From Schizosaccharomyces osmophilus (taxonomy: Eukaryota), in the NCBI RefSeq assembly GCF_027921745.1, contig NC_079239.1, positions 992,001 through 1,056,000 on the forward strand: a DNA stretch of 64,000 bases, in the 5' to 3' direction. The notes beneath the pieces are model-generated. The model made no database searches. It worked only from the letters and a program-made list of their open reading frames with translations, and had not been told where the DNA came from. The first letter of the stretch is position 1. Every line of letters begins with the position of its first letter. A program made the translations under genes and the position numbers. Below, in pieces: positions 22,744 to 34,255 of the stretch.

Positions 22744-24479
22744 ATGGGTTTCTGGGGAAGAAGCAGGTTTGAGACCGAAGGAAAGGTAAGTTCACCATTG
22801 AGTAAACAAGAGATACAATTTCGCTTCGTTCGAAACCAAACTACCAATTCCTACATTTAGGAGCATGTTCGCTTGTCGTAGTTTTTCCTCAAAATCGATA
22901 ATGATTCGTAAAAGAGCACTGGATTTGCTGAAGCTAAGGTTTTGATTTTGAGAAGCTTGTCGCGTTTTCACATATATATTTCAATTGTTTACTTATACCG
23001 CTCTGTTATTTATACTCTGCTAATGCGTGAAAGTAGCACATTTTAGTAACTGGCGGATCTCAAGGCTTTGGGCTGGCCCTTGCGAAGCAACTAGTACTTC
23101 GTGGCGGCCATGTAACCATTGCTGCCAGAACAGAGAGTAAACTGAAAGTTGCCGTAGAGGAACTCCTAAAATTGAAGGCTCACGATGATCAGGTTATTCA
23201 GTATAGAAGTGTGGACTTGACAAATTACGAAGACGTCAAAACCATGATTGATTGTCTGGAAGTTTGTCCAGACCATTTGGCTCATTGTGCTGGCTCTTCG
23301 TATCCTGGCTTTTTCGTAGATCTTCATCCAGTCGTGTTTGAAAATCAAATGCGTCAAAACTATTTGGCTTCTGTTTACATCACTCATGCGCTGATTAAAC
23401 GAATGAAAGATATTTCAGTACCTTATTCACGAAGGATAATGTTAACCTCTTCCATCCTAAGCGCTCTTCCTCTTGTAGGCTATAACGCATATAGCCCTAC
23501 AAAGGCGGCTGTCCGAGCTTTAGCCGATGGTTTACGACAAGAGTGCATTCTCTATGGAATAGAAGTTTCTATCTTCTTGCCGGCCACCATCCTTTCTCCT
23601 GGTTACGAAGAAGAAAACAGACTGAAGCCTTCTTTGGTATTGGAAATGGAAAAGTCAGATAAAGCACAGACATGTGAAACTGTTGCTTACTATTGCATGA
23701 AAGGACTCGATAATGGTGATTTCGCTATTACCAATAATTTTGTAGGAGATATTATGAAAAACCACTCTCGTACCTCCAGTCCCCACGATAATCCTATATT
23801 GGAATTCCTGTATTGTATGCTTACTTTCTTTGTGTGGCCTTTTGTTCGAACTCAGTTAGATCAAGATGTGTATAAGTATGCTCTAGAACATCGTTTGAGG
23901 ACTGTCGCACCCAGCCGGTCTAATTCTTTCGTCACTCTCTTGTTAAGCAGCATACAATTTTGTATTTTTTATTACCTTATCCCAAGCCTAGTGGCCAACC
24001 CTTATGTGACATTGTTGAAAACTTTCCCACTATGGCTTTTATTGCAAACAATCCAAACATATTTTCAAAGACCTCGTGGCCATTTCACTCTTGCTACCAT
24101 CATCCGTTCTATTGGAGCTATGTCTTTGGGAAGTGTTGTTATCGCTTTCACTCTCTTAGCCTTTGGTGCACCATTGGTCAATAATTTCCAGCTAAGCTTT
24201 CTTTGCGCTGCTACCCTTTCGGTCCTTATAATATACCCTTTATCCTTTTTCTTCCAAGCTGACTATATGTGTTGGGGCCAGTTCCTTGCTTTTAAACAAT
24301 TCAAAACTTTGGGTAGTTTACAATACCGTGCATGGGGTCCAATACTCGGAGCTTGGGCAGGCGCTATACCGATTCCTTTGGACTGGGATCGACCCTGGCA
24401 AGCATGGCCCATTACTGTTGTCGTTGGGTCATTTATTGGTCATCTAATTGCTACAATACTCGGAGAATTACTACAATAA
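22744..24479 (+). CDS. 3-ketosphinganine reductase (Tsc10-like SDR) fused to PIG-F/Gpi11; exons 22744-22785, 23037-24479
   Basis: Exon 1 MGFWGRSRFETEGK|GTAAGT splices to HILVTGGSQGFG. The SDR catalytic motif is YSPTK. The hydrophobic C-terminus has the PIG-F motif GAWAGAIPIPLDWDRPWQAWP. Confidence 0.9.
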
Positions 24480-24626
24480 CAAACTCAAATTTATTGGTAT
24501 TTAAAGAAGACATACTTCATATTTTTATAGCTAAACGAACGGAACTTGATGTAAAATTCAAAAATTTAATTTCATATAATAAATTATCGTTAATAATCCA
24601 AGAAACGACGAAAAAGATATAGGTAT

Positions 24627-26264
24627 CTACTTAACTTTAAAATTTTTTAACAACTTATCTTCGCTTTCCTCCAATGCCATAACAAACGGAGTCGAGATAG
24701 AGTCTAAAGGAATTTTAGTTGTTTTGCTAAAAGCTATTTGTTCACAGTAATCATTCAATGAGAATTCGTTCTTACATCGTATCAGCAGTAACGGGATAGC
24801 TTGCCAAGTAGCACGCTCGCCTACTAAAATCCAGTACTGAATATCTTGAAGAGAAGGCTTCGTGAAGGCATGCCTTATATCACTAAATGAGAACGTAGGA
24901 GTGAGCGTTATATAAGCGCTTGGAATAAAGTCGTCCACTAAAAATCGTCTTAATTTAATAGGTAGGAGGCCAAGTATGTCCATTTGGCGAAAACGATAGG
25001 CCATTTCCAAACCAAAGAGACGAATCACTTTAAGTGTATAGCCTGTATGTTTATGATGGTATAATTCGTCGTGAAACGTCGGAAAAAGGGAGGGCCGGGA
25101 CTGAGTGATAATAAAATGATTAACATTAAAAAGCTCAGAAATTCTAGCGTAAGAATTGGGACGAGTAGGGTGATGCATGCTCGCATATGGCCATACGAAA
25201 TTTTCAGGAGTGCAGACTTCAACAGTACCATCCGGTGATTTTGCCAACAAGCTGGTAGATCGGTAGATCGCAGCCCAACTGTTGCTGGCACATGTAGCAC
25301 TCCATACTAAGACATTTGGTGCTGTGTGATAATTTAAAACTTGAGGAGAACCAGAAGTAACTGATGGGGGTGCGATAATATTAGTTGCGCGATTTGTTTT
25401 CTCAAAGGCTTCTTGAAAAGTTAAATCTCCAACACATTTATGAACAAAAGAAGCAATCATCGAAATGTCTAGCATGTTTCCATATTTTATAACTTTAGCC
25501 AAGGAATAGTCGGAAGTACTTTTACAAATCTCCCACAATTCATCGGGGAATGTTTGGAAAAGACCATCTAGTTCCTCATCGCGATGCACTCCTAGAAAAG
25601 CGGCAATCAACGCACCAGATGCCGAACCAGCGAGGACTCTTGGCAAAAGACTTCTTTCCCACAAGGCTTTTGCTACGCCAAAGTGATATAACCCAAAGGC
25701 GGTGCCACCATTGAAGTACAAGCAAGTAGTGCCGAAGGATACTTTCGCCGCAGAATAAAAGCCATGTTTTTCCTCGAGGGATAGCTTTTTTGTAAGGAAA
25801 AGAAATTCTAAGCAGCGATTTACTTCTCGTACGTATTCTTCTATTAAGATTTTTGTCCCAGAATAATTTTCAGTGTATAGTCCGGAATCACCAATATTGC
25901 CGAAATTGCGCAGCAAGCTGGAACGTAAGAACATGAGCATGGGATATGCCTCCCTTTTCGTTCGATAAAGCTTCAAGGTAGAAGTGCATCGTTCAATCAG
26001 GGAATAATCGTACTTGTCCGAGATTGGATCAAATCTTCCTTTCCAACGTCCAGACTTTTTATCGACCGCCGTTGCTAGCTCCTTCCAATCATCCCAAGTA
26101 CAGCAGTCCCGCTTCAATACTGTTTGTCCTTTCCGATGATCAAATCCACGCGCTTGTGAAATGGAGGTTGCTGAAAACAACCATTCAAAAAACGATAGAA
26201 CCAGCAGCCATACTGTGGACGCACTTCCCCATATAGTTCGCCAAGACCTGCTTACCGAATTCAT
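24627..26264 (-). CDS. ptl1: Patatin-domain triacylglycerol lipase family protein (Tgl3/4/5-like)
   Basis: LLRNFGNIG, GGTAFGLYHFGV, LNYHTAPNVLVWSA, ELFNVNHFIITQ. Confidence 0.85.
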   Translation of the reverse strand: MNSVSRSWRTIWGSASTVWLLVLSFFEWLFSATSISQARGFDHRKGQTVLKRDCCTWDDWKELATAVDKKSGRWKGRFDPISDKYDYSLIERCTSTLKLYRTKREAYPMLMFLRSSLLRNFGNIGDSGLYTENYSGTKILIEEYVREVNRCLEFLFLTKKLSLEEKHGFYSAAKVSFGTTCLYFNGGTAFGLYHFGVAKALWERSLLPRVLAGSASGALIAAFLGVHRDEELDGLFQTFPDELWEICKSTSDYSLAKVIKYGNMLDISMIASFVHKCVGDLTFQEAFEKTNRATNIIAPPSVTSGSPQVLNYHTAPNVLVWSATCASNSWAAIYRSTSLLAKSPDGTVEVCTPENFVWPYASMHHPTRPNSYARISELFNVNHFIITQSRPSLFPTFHDELYHHKHTGYTLKVIRLFGLEMAYRFRQMDILGLLPIKLRRFLVDDFIPSAYITLTPTFSFSDIRHAFTKPSLQDIQYWILVGERATWQAIPLLLIRCKNEFSLNDYCEQIAFSKTTKIPLDSISTPFVMALEESEDKLLKNFKVK

Positions 26265-26638
26265 GCTAAAGTGTCCAAAAAGACCTTATTAATGATACAT
26301 GTACTTTGAAATCCAAAAGACTAAACAAACTTTTCTCTATTCACATAGATGTCCAAAGCTTTGCCAGATCTTTCAGGTTTTCCACAAAAGATTCTTTCCG
26401 AAATCCTTTTTGTCTCTTACAAAAATTGATTTATCCAAATTTAAAGCTTCAATTCCATCTGTCCAAAGTCATACACTAACACGTATGTTCTGCCTATATT
26501 ACATATCAACAAATACCAAGAACCAACATAGCGAACTACAACGTAATCCAAAAATTAAATATAACACATTATGTAACACTATCCAAAAGTTTATAAGGTA
26601 CACTAAATACCGTATCATTTTCATTTCATTAAGACAAG

Positions 26639-26660
26639 GCGCGTCGCGTCGCGCGCGCGT
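26639..26660. promoter_or_regulatory. MCB-like CGCG cluster between divergent ptl1 and ste6
   Basis: GCGCGTCGCGTCGCGCGCGCGT, a GC island in AT-rich intergenic DNA. Confidence 0.55.
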
Positions 26661-27120
26661 TTCGGAAATCCATCATTTTACAGAAAAGGAAAATATGGAA
26701 ATGAAATAAACAAATCTATTGCTTTTTCTTTTCTCTCCTTTATTCGTGTATATTATAATAGATCTTTTTTATGTTTTTTTACAACACCCAGTTTGGGGGA
26801 TAATGGTTCTTTGGGCTATTGAATGCTCTTTTAGTCTATTGAAAACAGAACAAAGAGAAGGGCTCGTTTTAGCATATTTGTTCAGAAAAATGGGATCCGC
26901 ACTTGTCGTGAACAAGCATCTTTACAGAAAAAGAATTCAACTGGAAACGCTTTTGGCTTATTGATCGACATTCGAATAGAACACGTAAACGTTGATGCAT
27001 TTGCATTGTTTTAGCATTGAGCTTCCCTTCTGTTTATATTTCGAGTTTGTGAGAACGAGTCTCTTTTCTATTCTTTTATTTTCTTTTGTTCTTCTCTTCT
27101 TTTGTGTCTTGTAAATTGCG

Positions 27121-29829
27121 ATGGGCATCCAAGCAATCGCGCGTCAAGATTATTTACAAAATTCAGAGCCTTCCCAATTATCGTTTCATACAGGTGATAC
27201 TATTATTGTTGTCAATATACTCGAAAATGGTTGGTGTGATGGCATTTGCTCTCAGCGTCGAGGTTGGTTTCCTTTATCATACATTGACATTCTTGGATTT
27301 CAAGGGCCATCATCCAAAAGGTCATCAATTTATAGTGAACCAGGGTCTCTTAATGATTCAAAAAGCGTCCTAGATTTTCCACCTCTTCCGGAGGACGAGT
27401 CCGTCAAGAAGAGCTCCCCTGCCAAGGATAGTAATTCCGTTTATCAAGCGATGCTTCGACCTCTCCTTCGTAATGTCCTCGAGTATGTAGCCCTCATTCG
27501 CAAATCCGTTTATTTTCGTCATCCCGAGGTGCTTCAAAACGCACTGGATGCAGTACGTAAAGAAGCATTGACTATTCTCGTACGCCTTGGAAGCCTAGTC
27601 AACGAACAATGTGCGCTTACAAAAGAGCTTTTGTATATATTTTCCATGTTGGAAAAACTTTTAGTACTTTCCAAGAGAAAGAATATGTATAAGAACTCGT
27701 GTATCCAATTTACTCAACTTTTAAAAGCACTCGCTTGTGTTTTTGTAAATTACGTGAAAAAGCAAAAGGATCCATCTTCCAAAATATCAAAAGAAGCTAA
27801 AGATGTCTGCTTTTTGCCTTCAAGTCGATCTTTAATGTCTCCACCTTTTCATCTACTTCAAGACAAGTCACTACCTTTATGTACAACTACTTATGTTGCA
27901 ATAATTTCCCTTACTCATCAGGCGAATACTTCCTTAACTGCAACCCCTTTCTGGCAGGAAACGCAACCCCAGCAACTTGAGTCGATTCTTCAAAGCATAT
28001 CGAAAGGCAAGCGGTGCGCAAAAGAGTACTCGGATAATGTCCTTGACAGTTTTGGTGATATACTGAAATCTTTAAAGCGTGTCCACTCGGCTTTCCAGAA
28101 AGTGGATTATACAGCGTTTGATGTTTCGGTGCCTTCCATCACAATTCATGAGATTTACTTTACTTTGGATACCTATTCAACTAAAATTAGTAATCTATTT
28201 GTGTCAGCTATAGAGATTGAGCAAGCATTTGATGAAGTTATTAATAATAACGGCAACATACAAACACTCACTCCTCACCTGCTACTTCTTGAAACGAATA
28301 TGCAAGAAGTAAAAAATATTCTTCTTTATCTTACAGAAAGATTCCTGTTCCTCTCTTTTGAGCATCGCTACCTAACCCGATTTATCAACGAGCTTGAAAG
28401 CGTAGAGAACAAGGAATTAGAAAGCATGGATATGGATGATATTACTTGGTATGATTCCAAGGGATTCGCCCAATACATATTCAAACAAAAAGCCATAAAG
28501 CCAAAATCCATGAGGAACTGGTTGTTTCTGTATTGGTCAAACACCACGTTATACAATAATGATGGAAAAATTAGGTTTGCTTCTCTTGCTTCTATTTTGA
28601 ACAATATTGTTCGGGTGGACATTGATAACACGCTATTTATAAGAAGTTTTCTTAGCACCCATGCTAGTATCATTAGCTCGAGTGATTTATTCTCCATTCT
28701 ATCTTCACATTATTTATTCCACAGTCAATCTAGAAACGTTACAGATGGGACTGATGCTACTGTCATTAATCGCAGTCGTAAAAAGATCATTGATGTTATT
28801 CTCACTTGGCTCGAATCCTACTTTATTGAAGGGCTGGGCAACGTACATACTATTTTATTTTTGACGAATGCCTACAAATTCTGTGAAGAATATATGGTAC
28901 CTAGTTTCCCTCCTTCACTTGAATTGTTGCAACAAATCTCTAAAATGTTAAAGAATCCCTCTACGAAACTTGTTCGGCCATTGATGAATAGTTTTGAAAT
29001 GCAAGATCCTGAGGATAATACAGCAATTTCCTGTCCTTTGAATGATAATAATGTTGAAGACAATTCCCTTCTCCTCTTCCCTCCAGATGAAATTGCTAAG
29101 CAACTATGTCTTATCGAGTTCCGTACTTTTACGAACATCCCTGCCATTCACTTTCTCTCGAAAGTATGGTCAAATTTGAAAAACATCGCTGCAGAGGAAT
29201 CAGGCACCGTTTATTATATTTCAAATCAGCTAGTGAACTTTGTTGCTGAAACTATTGTGAGACAAAGAGACTTGCGAAAACGTACTCATTATTTAGGGTT
29301 TTTCATTCAGGTTTCACACTGTCTTTTCAAATACAACAACTTTGCTAGTTTATTTTCTATCATTTCCGCTTTGAATTCGGCTCCAGTTCATCGTCTTAAA
29401 AAAACTTGGTCGAATTTGAATAGCAAATATTCAATATTATTTGACACCCTGAATTCTTTAACGAATGCAAGCAAAAACTTTTCTCAATACAGGGAATGCT
29501 TAGAGCGTTGTTCATTTCCAAGTGTTCCATTTCTAGGTGTTTACTTTACCGATTTGACATTTCTTAAATCAGGAAACAAGGATACAAACAAAAACTTAAT
29601 TAATTTCGATAAACGCATGAAAGCAGCCAAAATTTTAAATGAAATTCAGCAGTTTCAAGCTGTTACTTACAAATTTGACGCTATGAATGATGTTCAAGAA
29701 TTGGTGCATGAGCTGGTCTCAAAAGAACGAAACCCTGATATTATTTATGATGAGTCTTTACTCTCGGAACCAAGAGAGACTGAAGATCAAACGATACGAC
29801 GTTTACTTGTTGACTCTGGCATTTTTTAA
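27121..29829 (+). CDS. ste6: Ras GEF with N-terminal SH3 (Cdc25/Ste6 type)
   Basis: SH3 (LSFHTGD...GWCDG...GWFPLSY), REM, and RasGEF (IAKQLCLIE, NNFASLFSIISAL, VPFLGVYFTDL). Confidence 0.93.
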   Translation: MGIQAIARQDYLQNSEPSQLSFHTGDTIIVVNILENGWCDGICSQRRGWFPLSYIDILGFQGPSSKRSSIYSEPGSLNDSKSVLDFPPLPEDESVKKSSPAKDSNSVYQAMLRPLLRNVLEYVALIRKSVYFRHPEVLQNALDAVRKEALTILVRLGSLVNEQCALTKELLYIFSMLEKLLVLSKRKNMYKNSCIQFTQLLKALACVFVNYVKKQKDPSSKISKEAKDVCFLPSSRSLMSPPFHLLQDKSLPLCTTTYVAIISLTHQANTSLTATPFWQETQPQQLESILQSISKGKRCAKEYSDNVLDSFGDILKSLKRVHSAFQKVDYTAFDVSVPSITIHEIYFTLDTYSTKISNLFVSAIEIEQAFDEVINNNGNIQTLTPHLLLLETNMQEVKNILLYLTERFLFLSFEHRYLTRFINELESVENKELESMDMDDITWYDSKGFAQYIFKQKAIKPKSMRNWLFLYWSNTTLYNNDGKIRFASLASILNNIVRVDIDNTLFIRSFLSTHASIISSSDLFSILSSHYLFHSQSRNVTDGTDATVINRSRKKIIDVILTWLESYFIEGLGNVHTILFLTNAYKFCEEYMVPSFPPSLELLQQISKMLKNPSTKLVRPLMNSFEMQDPEDNTAISCPLNDNNVEDNSLLLFPPDEIAKQLCLIEFRTFTNIPAIHFLSKVWSNLKNIAAEESGTVYYISNQLVNFVAETIVRQRDLRKRTHYLGFFIQVSHCLFKYNNFASLFSIISALNSAPVHRLKKTWSNLNSKYSILFDTLNSLTNASKNFSQYRECLERCSFPSVPFLGVYFTDLTFLKSGNKDTNKNLINFDKRMKAAKILNEIQQFQAVTYKFDAMNDVQELVHELVSKERNPDIIYDESLLSEPRETEDQTIRRLLVDSGIF

Positions 29830-30057
29830 CGGATTATGAATTTGATGACGACTATATAATGAACATTTTGAATAAAAATACGGGTGGCATGGTAAAATGT
29901 TGGATAATTTAATTTTATTTAAAGAAAACAATACAAAAAATATCCAAGATTATTTTTCTTTATCGCGTATATCAAACTGAATATAGAAATATAAGTACAT
30001 GCATAGATATAGATATTAGTACTGCTGATTCACGACTTAACCAGAGGCACAAATATC

Positions 30058-31750
30058 ATGGATTGGAAAAAGTCGGTTCAGAAAGCTACCGCAGTAACGA
30101 TCGAAACAAAAGACTATGTTTCATACTGCACAATGGTTGAAATGTTACTAGAACAGAATTTGACCCACAAAGAAGAGGATCGCTTAGATTTATTACGTTG
30201 CTTACATGAGGAGCTTCAAAAATTAGAACATGTACAGTCCATAAGCTTCTATCAAATTGCTAACAAGAATCTTTTAGGAAAGGCTCACGAAAGAAATTGC
30301 ATGGGATGTCCTAGGAATGTTGCTGCCATTTGTGAGTGATGGCTCTTCAAAGGAAGCACGGGATTTTGTACATTTTTTGGCAGAAAAGGGAAATCCTAAA
30401 GAAGTTTTTTTAAAGTCTAATGAAATTCTTACGAATACTGTGTTTCAAAATCTGTCTCAGTTGGAGGTGACTATAGATTCAATGAATTTAGCAATGAGCA
30501 GAATTGAGACCAACAGGCCATTGGCCTTTCTCGATAATTACATCTTTTCTTTGTGTTCCGGGATTACTAGAATCTTACTTGTGAGAGAAATTGACAGACT
30601 TCGCATGTGGCATATCTGCTTGGATTCGATGGAAAAGATGACACAACGTTTTGGGAAATATCCAGAGTGCCATCCAAATCTTACAGCAGCTTTCACAATA
30701 TTCGCCGAGCAGTTCTTTTCATTTGAATGCTTATGTTTTTCTTTCCGTGAACGATTGAGATCAAATGATCCTCATATAAAATTCCGAAATAATAGAGTTC
30801 CTTACGATGCGAAGAAATTGCAAGAAATGGACTGTATTTTATTACGATTTTTGGATAGTTTTGACGCGGTATGCTCTATGGGCGTAGACAATTGGGATCG
30901 GCTAGCAAAGTACTTTTACAACGAGCTTATAAATCCCGATGATACCCAAGGAAGCCAATCTGTTCAAAAACAGGAAGAGGAAGAACAAGGAGAAGGGGAT
31001 ATGGACCAAAAAGTAGGCATTGACTTCAAAGGTTGTGTCGCTATGATAACGATTCGGAGTTATTATAGGGAAAGAAATTTCTTGGAAGAGATAATTTACA
31101 AAAGCAAACAACCTATTATGCTGAAGTCGATATTCACGTTAATGTTAATGGAAGGAAATTCCGACACTTCCTGTTTTATAGATTTAGCCCTTTATCAATC
31201 TTTGTTGCTCCTCAATTTTATTATTGAACGTTCAACTAAAGATTGTAAGGGTTTGTTCTCTTTACTGCAAACCTACCAGTACTTTTCGGCTTTCAATACA
31301 GAACCTTGGATTCGACTGATCGCAAACGATATCGTGTTTTATTTGTTAGATTCTTTGCCCTTGGATAGGCGCTTTACATACGCGTTGGATACTTTGGAAG
31401 AATGCCCTTTCGAAAACGTTAAAGCTAGCATTTTGAACTATTACCAAAAGAACGGCGTGCTCTCTAAACCGGCTGAGAATAATCCTTTTCTCGAAAAAGA
31501 GAATATTTTTAAAGTTATCAGCATTATTCTTGACGATTTGTCCAACCCGACAGCAGAACCTCTATCATTAATTTATTTGCAGCAGGCATTAATCTTTATG
31601 TACTACCTGAAATTCCAAAACTGTCTGGAATATAACGATCAAATCCTTCATTTCTTGAAAAATATAGAAAGTTTTATTCAAAAAAACGAAGAAAATGTTT
31701 CAACACAAAACTTTACTTATTATTTAAACTTATTACAGCTGGAAAAATAG
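30058..31750 (+). CDS. YAP-binding/Alf4/glomulin (Ybp1/2-like) protein; exons 30058-30231, 30278-31750
   Basis: A 46-nt GTACAG...GCTAAC...TAG intron joins the two ORFs in frame. Motifs EIAWDV, GNPKEVFLK and CPFENVK. Confidence 0.75.
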
Positions 31751-32316
31751 GTGTTTTCTGTATCATGATTGTTTAAGCATCTAAAGCTGTAACAACTATC
31801 ATTGCATTGATTATTACTTGGATTTATCATTTCTTTCTTTGTTAAATCTATTCTGGCCTCAAAGTACACGAAACCGAAAATGGTTTCTCGCACAACAATT
31901 AGCTAACATCGTTTCATTCGAACAAGAAATTATTCTTAAATCCTAATCAATGAAATAAAATAATGATCTACTATGAATTACACTTCTGTTTACTTAATGT
32001 AGTCTTAAATTAATACTTGGGAAACTGCATGATGAAAGTCAAGTAACATTGATTTTCTACTAAGTATTGGTTACCTTGAGTAATTCTAATGAGAGCAAAC
32101 ACTAAAAATTCATTTTGAGAGTAAAACTCAAAATAGGGCGATTTCTTTCGGGATAATATAGTATTACTTATTGTTGCAAGTCTCTAAGTGTCTTTTGTGG
32201 CTTGATTGAACGAAGTTGCTTTCGGTAGAAAATTTGCTGGGGAGTTCAATTGGTTTATGCGCTAAACAGTTTCGAGCTTTTAATTTACCAACCTATAAGT
32301 TTTGGACATAAGCAAT

Positions 32317-33333
32317 ATGGAGCCTGGAATCCCTCCCATGATGGAAAGAAGCCCAGCTTATACTCATGTTTTGACGGCTGGAGGGATTGGCGGCGCTACG
32401 GCAGACTTAATGATGCATTCCTTGGATACAGTCAAAACCAGACAACAAGGAGCTTTATATACAGACAAGTATAGAGGGATGGTTCGTAGCTATCTTACAA
32501 TCTTTCGAGAAGAGGGTCTTTTTCATGGTTTATATAGTGGAGTGTGCCCAATGCTGCTCGGCAGTCTTCCGGCTACGGCATTATTTTTTAGTTCCTATGA
32601 ATTCACTAAAAGGCGTCTAATGGATACCTATCACGTTCCAGAAACTCTTTCATTTTTGCTCGCGGGCTTTGTCGGTGATCTTTTTGCATCCGTCGTTTAT
32701 GTACCATCAGAGGTCTTAAAAACTCGTCTACAACTTCAAGGAAGATATAACAACAAATTCTTTAAGTCTGATTACAACTACCCCTCTTTTCGAGGTGCCA
32801 TTAAGCAGATTGCAAAGGAAGAAGGTCCGAGAACATTCTTCTTTGGGTACCGCGCTACTGTTTTACGAGACATACCTTTTTCTGGATTGCAGCTACTATT
32901 TTATGAAAAACTTCGTCAAGGAGTGCAAAGGTACTCTGGTAAAAAAGAGATTGGCGTCAGATATGAGTTACTTATAGGTTCATTAGCAGGTGCGGGGGCT
33001 GGATTTTTAACAACTCCTTTAGATCTTGCGAAAACAAGACTTCAGACTATGGTACGACCAACAGGTGTTTCGGACAACATTCAAAGTGGTCGTTATTTTT
33101 ATGGTCAAATGGAAAATTCTTTGGGAAAATCTGCTTCAGCCCCTCGAAACCAAGCAGTTGGAATCAGAAAAGTATTATCTACCCTTTACAGAAATGAAGG
33201 AGCCATGGGATTATTCAAAGGTGTTGGTCCTCGCGTGTTCTGGACTTCATCACAAAGTTCACTAATGTTTGTTTTTTATGAAAGCATAATTAGACTTTTC
33301 AAACAAAAAGAAGCTGAGTCTATGTTGAATTGA
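32317..33333 (+). CDS. Mitochondrial carrier family protein (Mme1-like)
   Basis: Three Px[DE]xx[KR] repeats: HSLDTVKTR, VPSEVLKTR and TPLDLAKTR. Confidence 0.9.
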   Translation: MEPGIPPMMERSPAYTHVLTAGGIGGATADLMMHSLDTVKTRQQGALYTDKYRGMVRSYLTIFREEGLFHGLYSGVCPMLLGSLPATALFFSSYEFTKRRLMDTYHVPETLSFLLAGFVGDLFASVVYVPSEVLKTRLQLQGRYNNKFFKSDYNYPSFRGAIKQIAKEEGPRTFFFGYRATVLRDIPFSGLQLLFYEKLRQGVQRYSGKKEIGVRYELLIGSLAGAGAGFLTTPLDLAKTRLQTMVRPTGVSDNIQSGRYFYGQMENSLGKSASAPRNQAVGIRKVLSTLYRNEGAMGLFKGVGPRVFWTSSQSSLMFVFYESIIRLFKQKEAESMLN

Positions 33334-34255
33334 TGCTTTCATTTATATATAAATACTATCGCACTATTTGTATTTTTGTCGTCATTTTTTGACGAACCAA
33401 AAGTCTTTTAAACTCTCCCTTTTCACCATTTCTTAGCTTGTTTCGAACAGTGGATTTTTACTAAAGCCTATACAACCCGCTTTTTGTTTTTGTTTTTTAT
33501 GTCGGGCATGGCTATTTTCATTGTTGTTGAAAAAAAAAAAACATTACTATAGAAATTATAGAGCATCTGATTCAGTCAGAGGTATTTGTCTTCTGACTAT
33601 ATATATTCCCTAATTAAAAAAGATGTTGAAAAAGCCAAATCCTTTCTCTCCCTTCAAGATTCAGGTTTGCATTACGACCATACCTATAATGAAATAGAAG
33701 ATTTAGTCCCTTTCACCGAAACCTTTTTTTTATTTTCTGTTTAGAAAAATAAATATATAAAACTGAAATTTTTTGGGCACGATATAAGAAAGATTAGCTT
33801 AATTTTCTTCTGCCTTGGAAGCAGTAAGTTTATAGCCATTCATCATTTTGTATTATGAAAAGATATTATTTCAATTTATTAACCTACAACTAAATCCTTA
33901 AATTAAGAAACTATCGTATAGCAAAAAAAATAATGTTCATGCAAAAAGATGGATACTTTTAAGCGTCATAAACAGGAACATCATTGAAGAATGACAACGG
34001 TTTAAAAAAGTAAGTAATGTACAAAAGACCAATAGCAGCGAAGGCACTAACAACGGAGAATAAAATAAAACAACAAAAAAATTAAAAATAATCACAGAAG
34101 GGCATCGTCCATAAGGCTTTGGCATTGTCCCAAAAACCGCTCAACCAAAACTTGAAACTCACAGATATTCATACATTTTTCATCACTCAATTCAGCTCTT
34201 GAACGTAATAAATAACAGATATACTCTATCAAGTAATATGCATTTGCAAACAATG

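Noticed and set aside
33673..33720. TACGACCATACCTA resembles the 5' end of 5S rRNA
   Set aside because: Only about 14 nt match my recalled 5S sequence and the rest does not align, which is compatible with chance.
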